Part shown: piece by piece, positions 23,901-36,103 of the stretch
How the letters are laid out: each line of letters starts with the position of its first letter
How positions within the stretch are numbered: the first letter of the stretch is position 1
DNA from: Fonticula alba ATCC 38817
Taxonomy: Eukaryota > Protista > Nucleariida
Assembly: GCA_000388065.2 (NCBI GenBank)
Contig: KB932205.1
DNA length: 64,000 nt
Strand: one strand, 5' to 3'
The notes under the pieces: model-generated
What the model saw: only the letters and a program-made list of their open reading frames with translations
Told to the model about the DNA's origin: nothing
Database searches by the model: none
Program-made: the position numbers and the translations under genes

Positions 23901-26900
23901 GTCACCGACCACCGCCGGCCGGAGCCAAGCCGCCGCCCCGGGCCACGCCACCAACCCGGCCTACCTGGGCGAGTCGTCGGCAGCCGGCTTCCTGTCTGCC
24001 ATGCACCAGGCGGACAGCCTCCTGTCAGCGGAGCTTCCCCCGATGGCTGGCAGCAGCCGGCCGAACGGGGCGCAGTCGCATTTTCATGAGGGCCCGGCGT
24101 CTCCCCCTCGACATGTGACTCCACCCACTGAAGTGAAGGGCCCTACCTTTGTCGACATCCCCACCCCGCCGGCCGCGATGACCGGCCTGCCGGGTGACAG
24201 CCCGGCCGGCACCGTGGCCGAGCCGCCCCCCCCGGGCGAGGCTCCGGCCGGTGTCCCGGTGCCCCGGGCCGCCCCGGTCGAGGAGGACCGCTCTCGGAAG
24301 GGGGTGGCTCCCCCTGCCCCGACGACCGGGGGGGGCCCCGGTCTTCCGATTGCCATGGCCACTGCTGCCCCGGTCGGGGTGGCGTCTCCGCCTCCGGCCG
24401 TGACCACCAGCCTCGGCGGCCGGACGACCGTTGTTCTGGACCATGCGGTGGCCGCCTCGGATCCGCTGGTCCTGCGGCTCCCGGTCGCCAGCAGCACCAA
24501 GCCGGTCAGCCCGCCGCCGGTGGTCTTCTTTTCGGATGCGCCGGTTCGCACGCCGGACTTCGCCCCGTTGGCTGGCGGCGCGTCGGTGGATGCCACCACC
24601 CTCAGCAGCCCCTCGGAGTCGGGCATGGTGACCGCGCGCGAGTCGGCCGCCTCCTCGCCCGGGCTGAGTGTGGCCCCGGCGCCCATGGGCCCGGCCAAGC
24701 CCCCCCCGGCCGAGGACCCCCTGTCCAAGTGGGCCGAGTCGGAGGAGGACACCGGCTTCGGCTCCTCGGCCGGCCTCCGGAGCATCGGCCCGGGCGCCTC
24801 CGCCGGGGCCCCGGCGATCGATCCGCTTGCCAAGTGGGTGGAGGAGTCCGACGGGGAGGAGCAGGAGGAGGATTTCCTCCCCCGGGGACCGGCCCCAACG
24901 GCGGCGGCGGCGGCGGCGGCGGCCCCGGCATCGGCCGACCCGCTGGCCAAGTGGGTCGAGTCTGACGAGGAGGAGCAGGAGCATGGTGGGGCTGCCGCCC
25001 GGCCCGCGGTCCGGATGACCACCTTCCCGGCCCCGGCGGCGGGGATGCCCCCCATGGCGGGGGCCGCCTCCGGCAAGCAGCCAGTCGATCCCCTGGCCAA
25101 GTGGGTGGACTCCGAGGAGGAGGAGGACGGGCATGTGGATCTGGACTTCGATGGGGCCCCGGCCATCGGGGCTCGGCGGAACTTTTCCCAGCTCGGCCTG
25201 GTTTTGCCCGGGGCCTTGGCGGCTCGCCCGACCGGGGTGGCCTCCTTGCCGAAGGCCGCCGGCGGTCGTCCGACCCTCATCAGCTTGGATAACATGCACC
25301 TGGTCACGGGCCTCGGCCAGCGATCTGCGGACGAGTCGCTCGTCGGGCGATCGGCCTCTTCGCCGCCTCCGGAGGCCCAGCAGCCCCCGGTGAAAATCCC
25401 GCGCACGGACACGTCCGGTAGCCGTGGCGGCGGCGGCGGCGGCGATGATGACTGGGAATCCGCCTTCGAAGAGGATCTGGATCCGTCCTTCGCGCTGAGC
25501 CGCTTTGGCGCGTCGACCATCAAGTTCTCCACCTCGGCCGCCGCGTCGCCGATGGTTTCGGCCTCGCTGGCTGGGGGGACCACCTCGCCGGGGCTCGGCC
25601 ATGGCATGGGGTCTGCCTCGTCACAGGGCGGCAGCGCGCCCGGCAGCAGCGGTAGTACCCCCTCCGGACGCGGGCAGGTGATTGCCCTGAGCCAAGTGCG
25701 CGCGGCGTCGGCGCGCGGCGGCGCCACCTCGGAGAGCATTCTGCAGCAGCACCAGGAGGAGGAGGAGGATTACGATTTCGACCTGCCGGCCGGTGACGGG
25801 CGCCTGGTTTTGACCGCCTCCGATGTTCGGACCGCCCAGCACTCGGGGGCCGGTGCCAGTGGCGACCATCGGCTGGTGATGGATCCGACCGGCGGTTCGG
25901 CCGTCGGCACCGGGCTGGCCCGCACCCAGAAGCCGCCTCTTCCCCCCGGAGCGGGGGTCCGGCCTGGCGGGTCGCATGCCGGGGGGTCGGCCTCGTCCGC
26001 GCTGCTTGCGCAGACCATGACCATTGGCCGGACCCTGGGCCGGAGCATGTCCTCCGGGACCAGCGGGGCCGGGCCTTCGGGCGGCGGCGCGGCCCGCGGA
26101 GGCAGCATGCGTCTGAATTTCACCGAAAACAAGACCTGGTCGCGTGGGCAGCTGAAGAACGCCATCCTCGGCGAGGCGTCCCTCAAGAATGAGGCGGATT
26201 CCTGGCTGCAATTTGACAACCCCACGGGCGAGGTGGAAACCGAGGCCAGCCCATTGCTGGCGCCGATGTCCGCGGCCGGGGCTGCTCCCTCCCCTCGGCT
26301 GGACCAGTGGCAGGAGTCCGAGGCTGACAGCCGGGATTGGGGCTCGCACTGGGGCGGTGGCTCGGCCAGCGGTGGGGACTTCAGCGATTCGTCGTTCCTG
26401 TTCACGCCGCGCGAGGTCCCCTTGTCGGGTCCTGCCCCGGGGGCGGGGGGCCCCGCTGCGGGGCCGGCCCCGGCGACTACCGCCAGCTTTGGCAGCATGC
26501 CCGAGGCCCTGGAGTCCGAGCAGTCTGAGCCGGAGCAGCAGGCGACCTTCGGCCGGCGGGCGTCCCGGCGTGCGCGCAGCCTCTCCGGCAACGGGGTCTT
26601 CCCCGGGCCGGCTGCCGCCGGTGGCTCCGGGTCGATTCCCTCTTCAGACACCGAAGTGGCCCCGAGCACCCCGGCGCGGGGCCCGGCCCCTGTTGCCGAT
26701 CCGCTGCCGACGGCCGAGCATCCCACCGATCCGGATCGCAGCCCGGCGGCCATTCGCCTGCTGTCGCTCTTCTCGCCGCCGGCTCCGGCTGCGGCCCAGG
26801 CTGCGGCCCCGGTTGCCGCTCAGCCGGCTGCCGCCTCGCCCTCGGCCGAGGGCCTGGCTCCCCGGCCGCCCTCGCCGCCACCCTCGTATGAGGAGCTGGC

Positions 26901-27411
26901 TGCTGCGACGGCCCCTCTTGCCGAGGAGCAGCAGCCCGTGCCGATGGTGGCGCCCATGTCGCGCACGTATTCGGCCGCGCCGCCACCCCTGCCGGGAGCC
27001 GCCGCGACCGCGGCCACCCATTCGGCCCCCCCTCCTGGCGGCCCGGCCCTGCCGCAGCCGGTGCATCTTCACGCCCAGCAGCAGGCCCCCCTGTCCGGGC
27101 GTATGGCCCCGCAGGTCTTCGACCTCGGCAACCTGGCCAGCATTCCCACCCCCTCGCTGTTCATTCCCCAGCCGCCGGGGCTCGGAGCGCCTGGGGCCGG
27201 GGCCCCGCTCTTCCATCCCGGTGGCGCCGGCGGCGCCGGGCCCACCATGATGGTGCCTCCTTCTCCCTTCGGCGGCGCCCCCGGTGCCGGGCTTCTTCCT
27301 GGCTCCATGGATCACCATCGCATTGGCGCTGGCACCGGCCTCGACACAGGGGCCTTCTCAGATAGCGACTTCGTGTCGGCCGACGACGGCAGCGACATGG
27401 ACGCCTTCTAG
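19019..27411 (+). CDS. Giant uncharacterised protein, about 2,724 aa: Pro/Glu/Ala-rich N-terminus, long heptad coiled-coil core, disordered acidic/Pro-rich C-terminus
   Basis: Exons 19019-19222, 19329-20019 and 20132-27411 splice in frame (donors GTATGA and GTATGG; CTAAC branch point at 19291). The 7.3-kb stop-free exon has strong GC3 bias. The Leu/Ala/Glu/Gln/Arg heptad region lies at about 21200-23900. Confidence 0.85.
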
Positions 27412-27664
27412 TTGCGAGCTGCCGCGATGGCGGGTCTCCCTTTCCTTGGTGAGGCCTGTGCCCTTTCTCTTTCAAATACACCCACACACCCACACATACA
27501 TACACTCCCCGCCAGCGGCGGATAGATGGATCCATTCTTTTTTGTCCTTTTTTTCCCCGTGCATGCTTCCATACCCCGACAAGCCTATCATGTCACTTGC
27601 GAGTGGGGCTTGCGTGTATGTCCCCTCTTGCCGTATACTCTGACCTTTCTCTCCCTTCCACGCA

Positions 27665-27668
<4 letters not shown>

Positions 27669-27724
<56 letters not shown>
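27669..27724. repeat. (CA)28 microsatellite
   Basis: Read directly. Confidence 0.95.
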
Positions 27725-27725
<1 letters not shown>

Positions 27726-29311
27726 CTCGCTCCCGGCCCGCGTGGCATGGCCGCATTCGTGCGGTGGCTGCGGGCGTCGATTGTGGGCCACGGAGAGGAC
27801 ACAGTCAGAGGAACAGCCTTGGCCGGCTGATCTGCCCAGATCATGCCATGGCCGAATGGCATTTCCAAATCGCGACATTGCTCCTCACGACTATTGCACA
27901 CCGACGCGCTCTCTTGCGCGCCCCCTTGAAAGAGGGCGAGGGATCGAACGCCACCGGGCGCATTTCTGCGCACGCCTGGCCTGATCGGCTGCTCTTTTTT
28001 TTTCCTCCCTAGCCCTCTCTTTTCCGGGCCATCCATCCTCGGGACACGGGGCGGCGCAGCAATACTTGTGCACATGCCAGGCCGCACGCCAAGCTGGCCG
28101 GGGAATGCGGCCTGAAGCCGGTCTCCCCCAAGTGAAGGTGCCCGGGCGGGAGCCAGCGGAAAGCATGCACATATGAGCATTATGTGTGCACATACGAACA
28201 TCAGAGCGTACTGTGCGTGCCTGTGGATGCCCGCGGGGGGGGGGGGGGGGGGGGCGACGACTGTGGCGCCCCTCCAGGCTGCGAGTGTATCCCGGCGCGT
28301 GAAAGTCCGGTCTATGTGGGTCTTTCCTAGCCCCGAAGAGCATGTCCCCCCGCCCTCTCGCGCGCAGACACACTCTCGCTTCCTGGCCAGCGGGCCGGCA
28401 GGCCCCTCCCAGGGCGTGGGGGGGGGGGGTGCACACCCGCACGCGCACCACGCCGGCCGGGGAGTACATGTGTGTCTGCTCCGGGGCCCAGCTGACGGCG
28501 GGGCAGTTGCCCTCCTCTCGGCTCTTTTTTGGGGACCGCCCCGCGCCGCCCTGGCCAGACCCGTTACCCGCGGGCGTCGTGCCGGACACGCACATGTCCG
28601 GGACCCGGGGGGGGGGGGGGAGTGCAAGCATGGCGGAGGCTGAAAGGGCGACCCCGCCACCCACGCGGCGCCATATGCATGTGTCCGGCTCGCGCCGAGC
28701 AGCCAGCAGCCGGTTCGCCGCGCCTCAGGCCGCGCCGCGGCGGTCCATACGACAAGGGCCCCAAAGGCTGATCGGCGGATGGGCAAGCCACAAGGGGGGG
28801 AGGGGGGAGGGGGGAGGCAGCACGAATGTGGGAAGCTCATATGAAATTCGATCGCGATCGGCCTCCCGGCCGCACGACGCCCGGCCACACCTTGTGGCAT
28901 AGGTCGGGCCCCCCGCCCCCCCCCCCCCGCACGTCTACCCGCTGCCATACGGCCGGCTGTCTCTTTCTTCCTCTGTCTCAAGCTTGCCGCCGCGTCCCGG
29001 CCATGGGAGTGCAGGCGGCTCCCGTCCCATGTTTGCGCCCCCTCTGTCCCAGAGGCGGGGGGAGCATGGGCCTGCCCGCGCAGGGGTGCCACAGGACAGG
29101 ACAAGACACGGCTATCCCCCGAACCCCCCTGCCGACGATGGCCCCAGCCACCTATTCTCCGGTCCGGCCGCCCCCCGGTTCGGGCGGTGAGAGTGTGTGG
29201 GGCCTGCCAGGTGCTCCGTCGTCCCTCTCCCCCCAGCTGGCCCCACCTCCCCAAAGGTCATCCCCCACCCCCGCCCCCCACCCACGATCCGGGCTTTTTC
29301 GTGGGTGTTTC

Positions 29312-29312
<1 letters not shown>

Positions 29313-29390
<78 letters not shown>
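29313..29390. repeat. 78-nt poly-C homopolymer, the longest of many poly-C/poly-G tracts
   Basis: Read directly. The true length is uncertain because homopolymers assemble poorly. Confidence 0.85.
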
Positions 29391-30239
29391 ATGTGACGGT
29401 GGTCCTGCGTGTGTTGCAGTTGGCTCCCTCCCATCATCATCGACCCTTTTTTCCCGTTTCGAAATATACCCTTTGTGTCGTCCCTCTCTTTCCCATGTGT
29501 GTGTGTGTGTGCCTGTGATTTTGGGCTTTTTCCCTTTTCAAACCTGTGTTTCACCCCCCCCCCCCCTGGTGGACGAGGGAGGCGGCGGGATGCCGCTCTC
29601 TCTTGGTGGGGGAGCCCCGCGATTCGGGTGTCTGAATCTCACTGCGCCCGGGGGGGGGGGGGGGGGGCTTGGTCTTCCCCTTGCCATGGCAGACCCCGAG
29701 GGCCCTCTTTCCTTTGGGGCCGTGATGCCCCCCCCCTCTCTTGGCCATCCTTTTGTCTCATGTGTTGTATGAGCGTCTTTTTTTTCCCCAATCGCCGACG
29801 AGGATCCTGAAAGTGCTTCGGGCCTGGCAGGGAATTCCCATGGACCGGTGGTCGACCTTGGCAGCAGCAGCCTTCCATCCCGAGGTGCGACACCATGCGG
29901 GTACCGAGCAGCAGCAGGAGGGAGAAAAAAGAAAGCTGGNNNNNNNNNNNNNNNNNNNNNNNNNCCCCCCCCAGCCCCGCTCCCCACTGCTCTCCCAAGT
30001 GCCAAGGGGGCCGCAGACAACAACCCCCCACAGGGGGGCCGCACGCTCGCATCCACGCGTACATATTCAACACGGTCCTCTCCGTCGCAGCCCGGCACCA
30101 CAGGGGAATAGCCTCTCCAACCTACGCTCTCCCGCCCCTCCTGGCCCCTCCTCGCTGCTCCCTCTCCCCTTCCGTTCCCCACTACATCTCCCCCCCCCCC
30201 CCATACACACACGCACACGCACAGGACCCCATCGCCACC

Positions 30240-31410
30240 ATGTCTTGGGCTAGCCTGGCTGCGCCGGCCCCTGGGGTCTCGTTCCTCGGGCTGACGCTCC
30301 TTGTGCTAGGCTTCCTCCTGACGACCAAGGTGATCGCGCGCATCGCGCACGGTCGCCGCGGCATGGTCATCGCCAACTCCACCAGCCGGAACTCCCCCCT
30401 GTGGGCGGGGTTCATCGACCATGCGCTGGCCCGGCCTGGGACCGCCCCCAGCCCGGCGGCCGCCGGGCTGCTGGCCTCCTGCCAAGGCTGGGCCCGGCAC
30501 TATCTGGAGCCGGTGTGGGTCCTGCTGGTGTCCTGGGTGCCGCTGGCCCTGATCGGCGGCCATATGAACGAACTCTTCTTCCCGATGCTGGCCCGGAATG
30601 ACGATGGGTCCTTCCGGCCGGCCAAGCCGAAGGACGTGGCGGCCAACATGGCTGCCGTCGGGGGGCCCCTGGCGCAGGCCTTCCAGCGGCGCGTGCTCTT
30701 CCCCCTGGCACGCACGCTGAACCTGGGCCTTGGGCACATTCAGACGGTGTTCGCCGCGCTGGAGCACGACTGGCCCGGACCGCAGCTGCTCGAGCCGCAG
30801 CCGAGCCCGGCCGCCGGCTCGACGCCCTTTGTCCCGACCACCCTCGCCACCGGACGCCTGCCATACGTGCGAGAGCATGTCCAGCTCACCGGCGGCGCGG
30901 TCATCTCCCTCGACTGGGCCGTGTGCGATGCCGAGCGCGATGACCTCACCCGGTGGCTGGGCTCCACCACGGTCGAAGCCGCGATTGAGCATGGCCCGGA
31001 TGAGGAGGAAGCCCTGCGTGCGTACCACGCCTGGAAGTCCCGCCCGGTGGTGCTCATTCTCCATGGTCTGTCCGGCAGCTCCGGCGAGGGGTATGTCCAG
31101 GGGTTCATCCGGCTGGCGGCGGTGTCCCTCGGCACCGAGGGCGTCGGCGGGGCGCACAGCGATCCGCTGGCCGCCCCTCGGTATGTGGTTCTCAATGCGC
31201 GTGGCTGCGGCGACAGCCCAGTTCGCACGGCGCTCCTCTTCTGCGGGTCCTACACGGACGACCTGCGCACGGTGGTCCGCTACCTGCGCGAGTATCGCAT
31301 GGTGCCCAACCCCTTCTGGGGCACGTACGACGAGGGGACCCCCGCCCCGGAACCGGCACCGACGACCTCCGCCTTGGACTCCTCCTCCTCCTCCTCCTCC
31401 TGCTCCTCGA

Positions 31411-31441
<31 letters not shown>

Positions 31442-32985
31442 GCCACCGGAGATGTCCATCCGCACCAATACCCGCTGTCCGCCGCTGCTGGCGGTGGGCT
31501 TCTCCATTGGTGCCAACATCTTGCTGAACTTCACCGGCGAGTCGGCCGACCAGCGCTATCGGGCATCCTACTCGGCGACGGCCGTCCCACTGGTCGATGC
31601 CGTGGCATCGGTGTGCAACCCCTTCGACTTTGAGCTGTGCTCCATCGCCCTGCAGGGTCTCGATGGGAGCGTGGTTCCGCCGCTGCTCTTTGCCCCGGCC
31701 ATGACCGCCGGCCTGCGGACCATGTTCAGCAACATGGTAGATGTCTTCCACCCGGAGGTGGAGGCCGACTCGGATGACACCCCGGCCGGGGCCATTCCCC
31801 TGGCGCCCTCGATGTCGTCGGTCGACCGGCTGGCCTTCTTCCGGCCGGTGGCCGCCGAGGACGTTCTCAATGCCCGGTCTCTGCGGCAGGTGGACATGGC
31901 GCTGACCACGCGCCTGTTTGGCTTTGACCAGCCGGAGGACTATTACAATGACGCCGGGTGCCTGCAGCGCCTGCTCGGCATTGCCCGGCCGACGCTCATT
32001 CTCTCGGCTCTCAATGATCCGATCGCGGTGCCCGAGGCCCTACCTTCGGACGAGGTGATGTACGTTCCTGGCCTGTCGCACTGCCTGTGAGAAGGCCCAG
32101 GCTCCGGGGCGTGTCGCTGGCCCAGGATGCTCCTCCTCGCCGGCTCCCGCCTCCGCCTGCCCCCTCTCCCCCCCCCCCCCCCCCCGACCCCCCCGCTGAC
32201 ACATCTCAATCTGGGCATGACCCGTGTGCAGGAAAAATCCCAACCTGGTGATGGCCATCACCGCCTCTGGCGGCCATGTTGCCTGGCATGAGACCGATCC
32301 CGCTTGGCCGACGGCCGATCGGTTTGGCCGCCGGAGCTGGTCCTCCCGGCCGCTGGTGTCCTACTTCTCCATGATCCTCCACAAGTACTTCCACAACACC
32401 CTGGAGAAGGAGGTCGCCTCGCTGGGCTACACCCCGGCCAAGATCGAGCTTAGCAATGCCAACCTCAATGTTCGCGCGCGTTTGAACTTCCAGCCCGACA
32501 CGCCAGGCATGCCGGACAATGCCCTCGAGTGGACTCCCCTGCTGCCGGAGCTCGGCCGGCACCAGCGCTTCCGGATCTTCCCCCGAGTGCACCGGCTGGA
32601 TCCGATCCACAGCCGGGCAAACTTCCTCCCCTGCGAGTGCCTGGCCCCGCTGGCCACGGACACCAGCCGCTCGGTGGCGTCTCTGCAATTGCAGCGGCAG
32701 GTGGGCGCCGGCAGTGGCCCGGTCCCGGCATCTTCGACCTCCAGCCGTCTGGACGGCCCGATGCCCCCCTGCTCGTCGACCGCGCTCTACAAGCACGACG
32801 ACCAGTGGATCGTGGCCACAGACTGCCAGCCGCTGCCGATCCTGGCCGTCGACAACCCGGACACCCTGCTGGCCACCTACGAGAGCCCGATCGCTCGCTT
32901 TGCCCGTCTCGGCCTCATCGGCGGCTTGACCATCGGTGCGGCGGCCATCATTGTGCCCACGCTCCGGTCGTGGATCATGGTTTAA
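30240..32985 (+). CDS. Alpha/beta hydrolase, ABHD1/2/3-YheT-Eht1/Eeb1 family, about 857 aa, with hydrophobic N- and C-terminal segments
   Basis: gccaccATG start; exons 30240-32059 and 32232-32985 (donor GTACGT). Motifs: GHIQTV, VVLILHGLSGSSGEGY, NARGCG, YTDDLR.VV.YL, nucleophile GFSIG, VCNPFD, FGF..PEDYY, LILSALNDP (Asp), TASGGHVAW (His). A possible extra upstream exon (29840-29884, donor GTGCGA) would splice in frame to 30225. Confidence 0.9.
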
Positions 32986-33335
32986 ACAGCTGCCGGACAT
33001 ATCCTTCTCCTCCCTCTCTTGCTTCCTTCCCCCCCCCCCCTCTCCCCTGTTTGCGCCTCGCCAAGGGGGCCCGGGCGTGACGAGTGTGTGCGCGCAGGCA
33101 TGCTTGCGTGAGTGCACCTGGCGGGGTGTGTCATTGTTTCCCCTCCCCCCCGCTCCAGCCGGGAGGCTGAAGACTGTGGTCCCATTGATCGTGCCATGTC
33201 TGGGGTCTCCCCTCTCCCCTCCTCCCCTCTCCCCTCCTCGCTTCTCCCCCCTTTGCTCGGGAAGAGAAGAAACAACATTAGTGTCTCCTATGAAGCAGGC
33301 CATCTATGTTAATAGAACTGAACTTTGCTGACCGT

Positions 33336-34868
33336 TCACTCGGTCTTTGGGCGATGATCCGCTGGCATGGCCGATGAAGGAGAACCTGCAACAGCCGGGC
33401 CTGGCTGAGGGGCGCTGGTCCTCGGGCCTTTCCGAACCCAGGCCACCAGCAGGGCAAACACCAGGGCCACCGCCAGGACAGCTCCCGAGCGCCGTAGGGC
33501 AATGGCGAGCGTGGGTGAGGTGACTGCCGCGCCCGTCTGCACGGGCACAAGGGACAGGGGGATGACACCTGGTCGGGCAAGCCGGAGAGGGAAGGACCGA
33601 GGGGGTAAGCAGAGGCCACCGATGCCAGGGGGGGNNNNNNNNNNNNNNNNNNNNNNNNNNNNNNNNGGGGGGAGAGAGAAGAAGGGAGTGATCAGAGGCG
33701 GGGGCGCGCTCGCACCGAAGAAGGTTCCCAGGAAGAAGGGCACCAGACGAAGGCCAGCATGCGGGGAGGCAACATTCACCAGGAAGTTGGGGACCGGCGA
33801 AATGCGCAACAGGAGGACCGCCGCCAGACCGACCCACAGGGACCGGTCCCAGGCATCGGCCGACACCATGCCACCGCTGAGATCGTGAATCGTGCCAGCA
33901 ATGACCGTGGTCAAGGGCGGGCCGCTGAAGCGCGACAGCACATGGCGGCCCAGCAGCCTGGACAGCAAGTAACACCCGGTGGCACCAAGAGCCGAGCACT
34001 GGCCGAGCCCCGATGGAAGTGTCAGCAACCAGTCGACGCCTGAGTCGGAGCGGGAGGAAGGGACAAGAGCGAGGGAATCCATGGCGCACCAGACACACGA
34101 GGAGGAGCCCGGGCCAGAAGCCGAAAAGGGCCCCGCCGATGACACTCAGCCCGGCCGAGCCGGGGATGGCGAAGGTTTGCAGGCTATCCGCCTCGGTCAG
34201 TCATCAGCGCCACGCAGAGGGTAGGCAGAGGCATGGGTCGTACAAAATATAGAGGGCCATGTAGGCGGAGACCACGCTTCCGTAGTTGGTGGCGATATAG
34301 TGGCCCAGGATCGGGCCCAACCGGCCGGAGGAGGAAAGCATGCGCAAGTGCACTGGACCGCAGGCGAAGGGCGGTGAGCGGGACGAACGGGAAAGCAGGG
34401 GCGGGGGGGGGGGGGCAGAAAGGGGAGGCAGAAGGAGACCAACAAATTGAGGAGCCCCCCAGGGGGGAAGGGCGGCGCACTCAGAGAATCAAACGACACC
34501 CACCAAGGCAGCCATGACAGAAGCCTGGTGGAGCGGTCTTTCAGGAAGAGCCGCACTCGTAGGTCCTGAATGCCGAGCTGATCAGCCTCAGTACTGGACG
34601 AGGGTGGAGGGGAACGGGGGAGGGGTATTGGTCCAAAGGGTCAGGTAGGGCGATGCAGGGCGGGGGCTGGGGGGGGGGGAGAGAGAGAGACAGGGGAGGG
34701 GCTGCATGCGCACGGGGAAAAGTCCGGCAGGGCCCGGATGGACAGAGCCACGACAGCCAGGCCGGCTGCCAGAAGGATTAGCAGCAGGACCGCATCCCGA
34801 AGGACGGCAGCGCGGCTGGACGGCGGCGCAGAGGCGTCGACAGTCGGCCCCGTGGAAGGGGAGGCCAT
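33336..34868 (-). CDS. TMEM41: TMEM41/VTT-DedA (SNARE-associated Golgi) family membrane protein
   Basis: The spliced reading gives YMALYIL/LQTFAIPGSAGLSVIGGALFGFWPGLLLVCL, SALGATGCYLLSRLLGR and LLLRISPVPNFLVNVASPHAGLRLVPFFLGTFFG, hallmark TMEM41 motifs. One intron contains an N gap. Confidence 0.85.
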
Positions 34869-35155
34869 TGTGGGACGGGAAAAGAGCAGGGGGGATGAGG
34901 TGGGGGCTGGATGAGCGAGAGCAGCCAGCCGAGAACTGTGGGGCGAGTGACAGGCACTGGGCGCAGGGGGGAGGGGGGGGGGGGGGGATCTCTCGCCTCC
35001 GGGGACCCCGGGGCCTACGCACGGCGAGCTGAAGAACGAACGATCGATTCATGTCCACACCCCCTCCCCCGCCCCCGCCCCCCTGGGGACGCGGATCGAG
35101 CGGCGATCCCTGGGTCGTCACCCCAGGCAGCAGCTTCGTTGGCATTCGGGGGAAT

Positions 35156-35515
35156 TTATTCGCCGCGAGCTTCCAGGACCACCATGGCCACCACCATGCC
35201 GCCGTCGTGGCTCAGGGATACGTGTGCCCCCTCACAGGGCCCTGGCTGGCGGTCGGCGGCACCCGGGGCAGCGGCCGCGCAGTCGGACGTCTTTGTGGGT
35301 TTCGGCACCTCCACACCGATGGGGATGGCCGTTTGATCGGGCGCCCCCGCGCTGAGGCCCAGCTGGTGGCAGAGTGCCGGACTCAGATGCAAGAGGGGTT
35401 TTCCTGCCGGGCCGGGGGGTGCAGATTGGCGACCGGCAATCGGACGGGAGTGGGCGCGAAAGAGGCAAAAGGAGCCCCAAGCAAATGGATCGAGTCAGGC
35501 GGATATCACGCTCGG

Positions 35516-35557
<42 letters not shown>

Positions 35558-36103
35558 GGGCAGGGAGGGGGGAGGGAGAAAAGAAAGAACACACCTGTAC
35601 CCCGCTCATTGGCCTCTGACGGCCGGACGAGGGCGACCTCGCGGAGGTTGACGAGCGCCGCAGGGAAGGCCGCCTTGTATGTGGCCTCCTTGGCGGCGAA
35701 GCTACCCAGCGGCCAAGTGGTGCGGGATGATGTGATGGTCAGCGGCAGGCATGCGCCTCGAATGCACCAAGGAAGGAACTGGCAGCCCCGGCGTTGCTGG
35801 GAAACACTGCCCCGTCACAGGGACATACCAGCCGGCGACGTAGGAGACAATGCGCTTGGACTCGGCCTCCGGAAAGGGCACGCGTATGGTCCCCGACCGA
35901 GCTTGCATCGCGGCCGGGGGGGAGCCTGGCCGGCCATCCGCTTGAAATTCCTCAAGGAGCCGCATCAGCCCGGCGGCCTCGGGCCCCGGAGCCAGTAGGC
36001 GCCGGCTCAGGCGCTCGGCGCCATGGCGCGCAACCATCCCCTTGACCCGAGCCAGGGGGACGATGTCCACCCCGATGCCGACAATCCGGCTGGCCAGGTT
36101 CAT
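35156..36103 (-). CDS. acpS: AcpS-type 4'-phosphopantetheinyl transferase (holo-ACP synthase; similar in type to fungal Ppt2)
   Basis: Three exons give IVGIGVDIV.LARV (GxD), YVAG(C)FAAKEATYKA, GKPLLHL and HVSLSHDGGMVVAMVVLE, which is the full AcpS motif set in a short stand-alone protein. Confidence 0.9.

Noticed and set aside
27593-29254. 553-aa minus-strand ORF
   Set aside because: It runs through a (TG)n microsatellite and poly-C tracts, with low-complexity Arg/Pro/Gly content and no motif. It is likely spurious.
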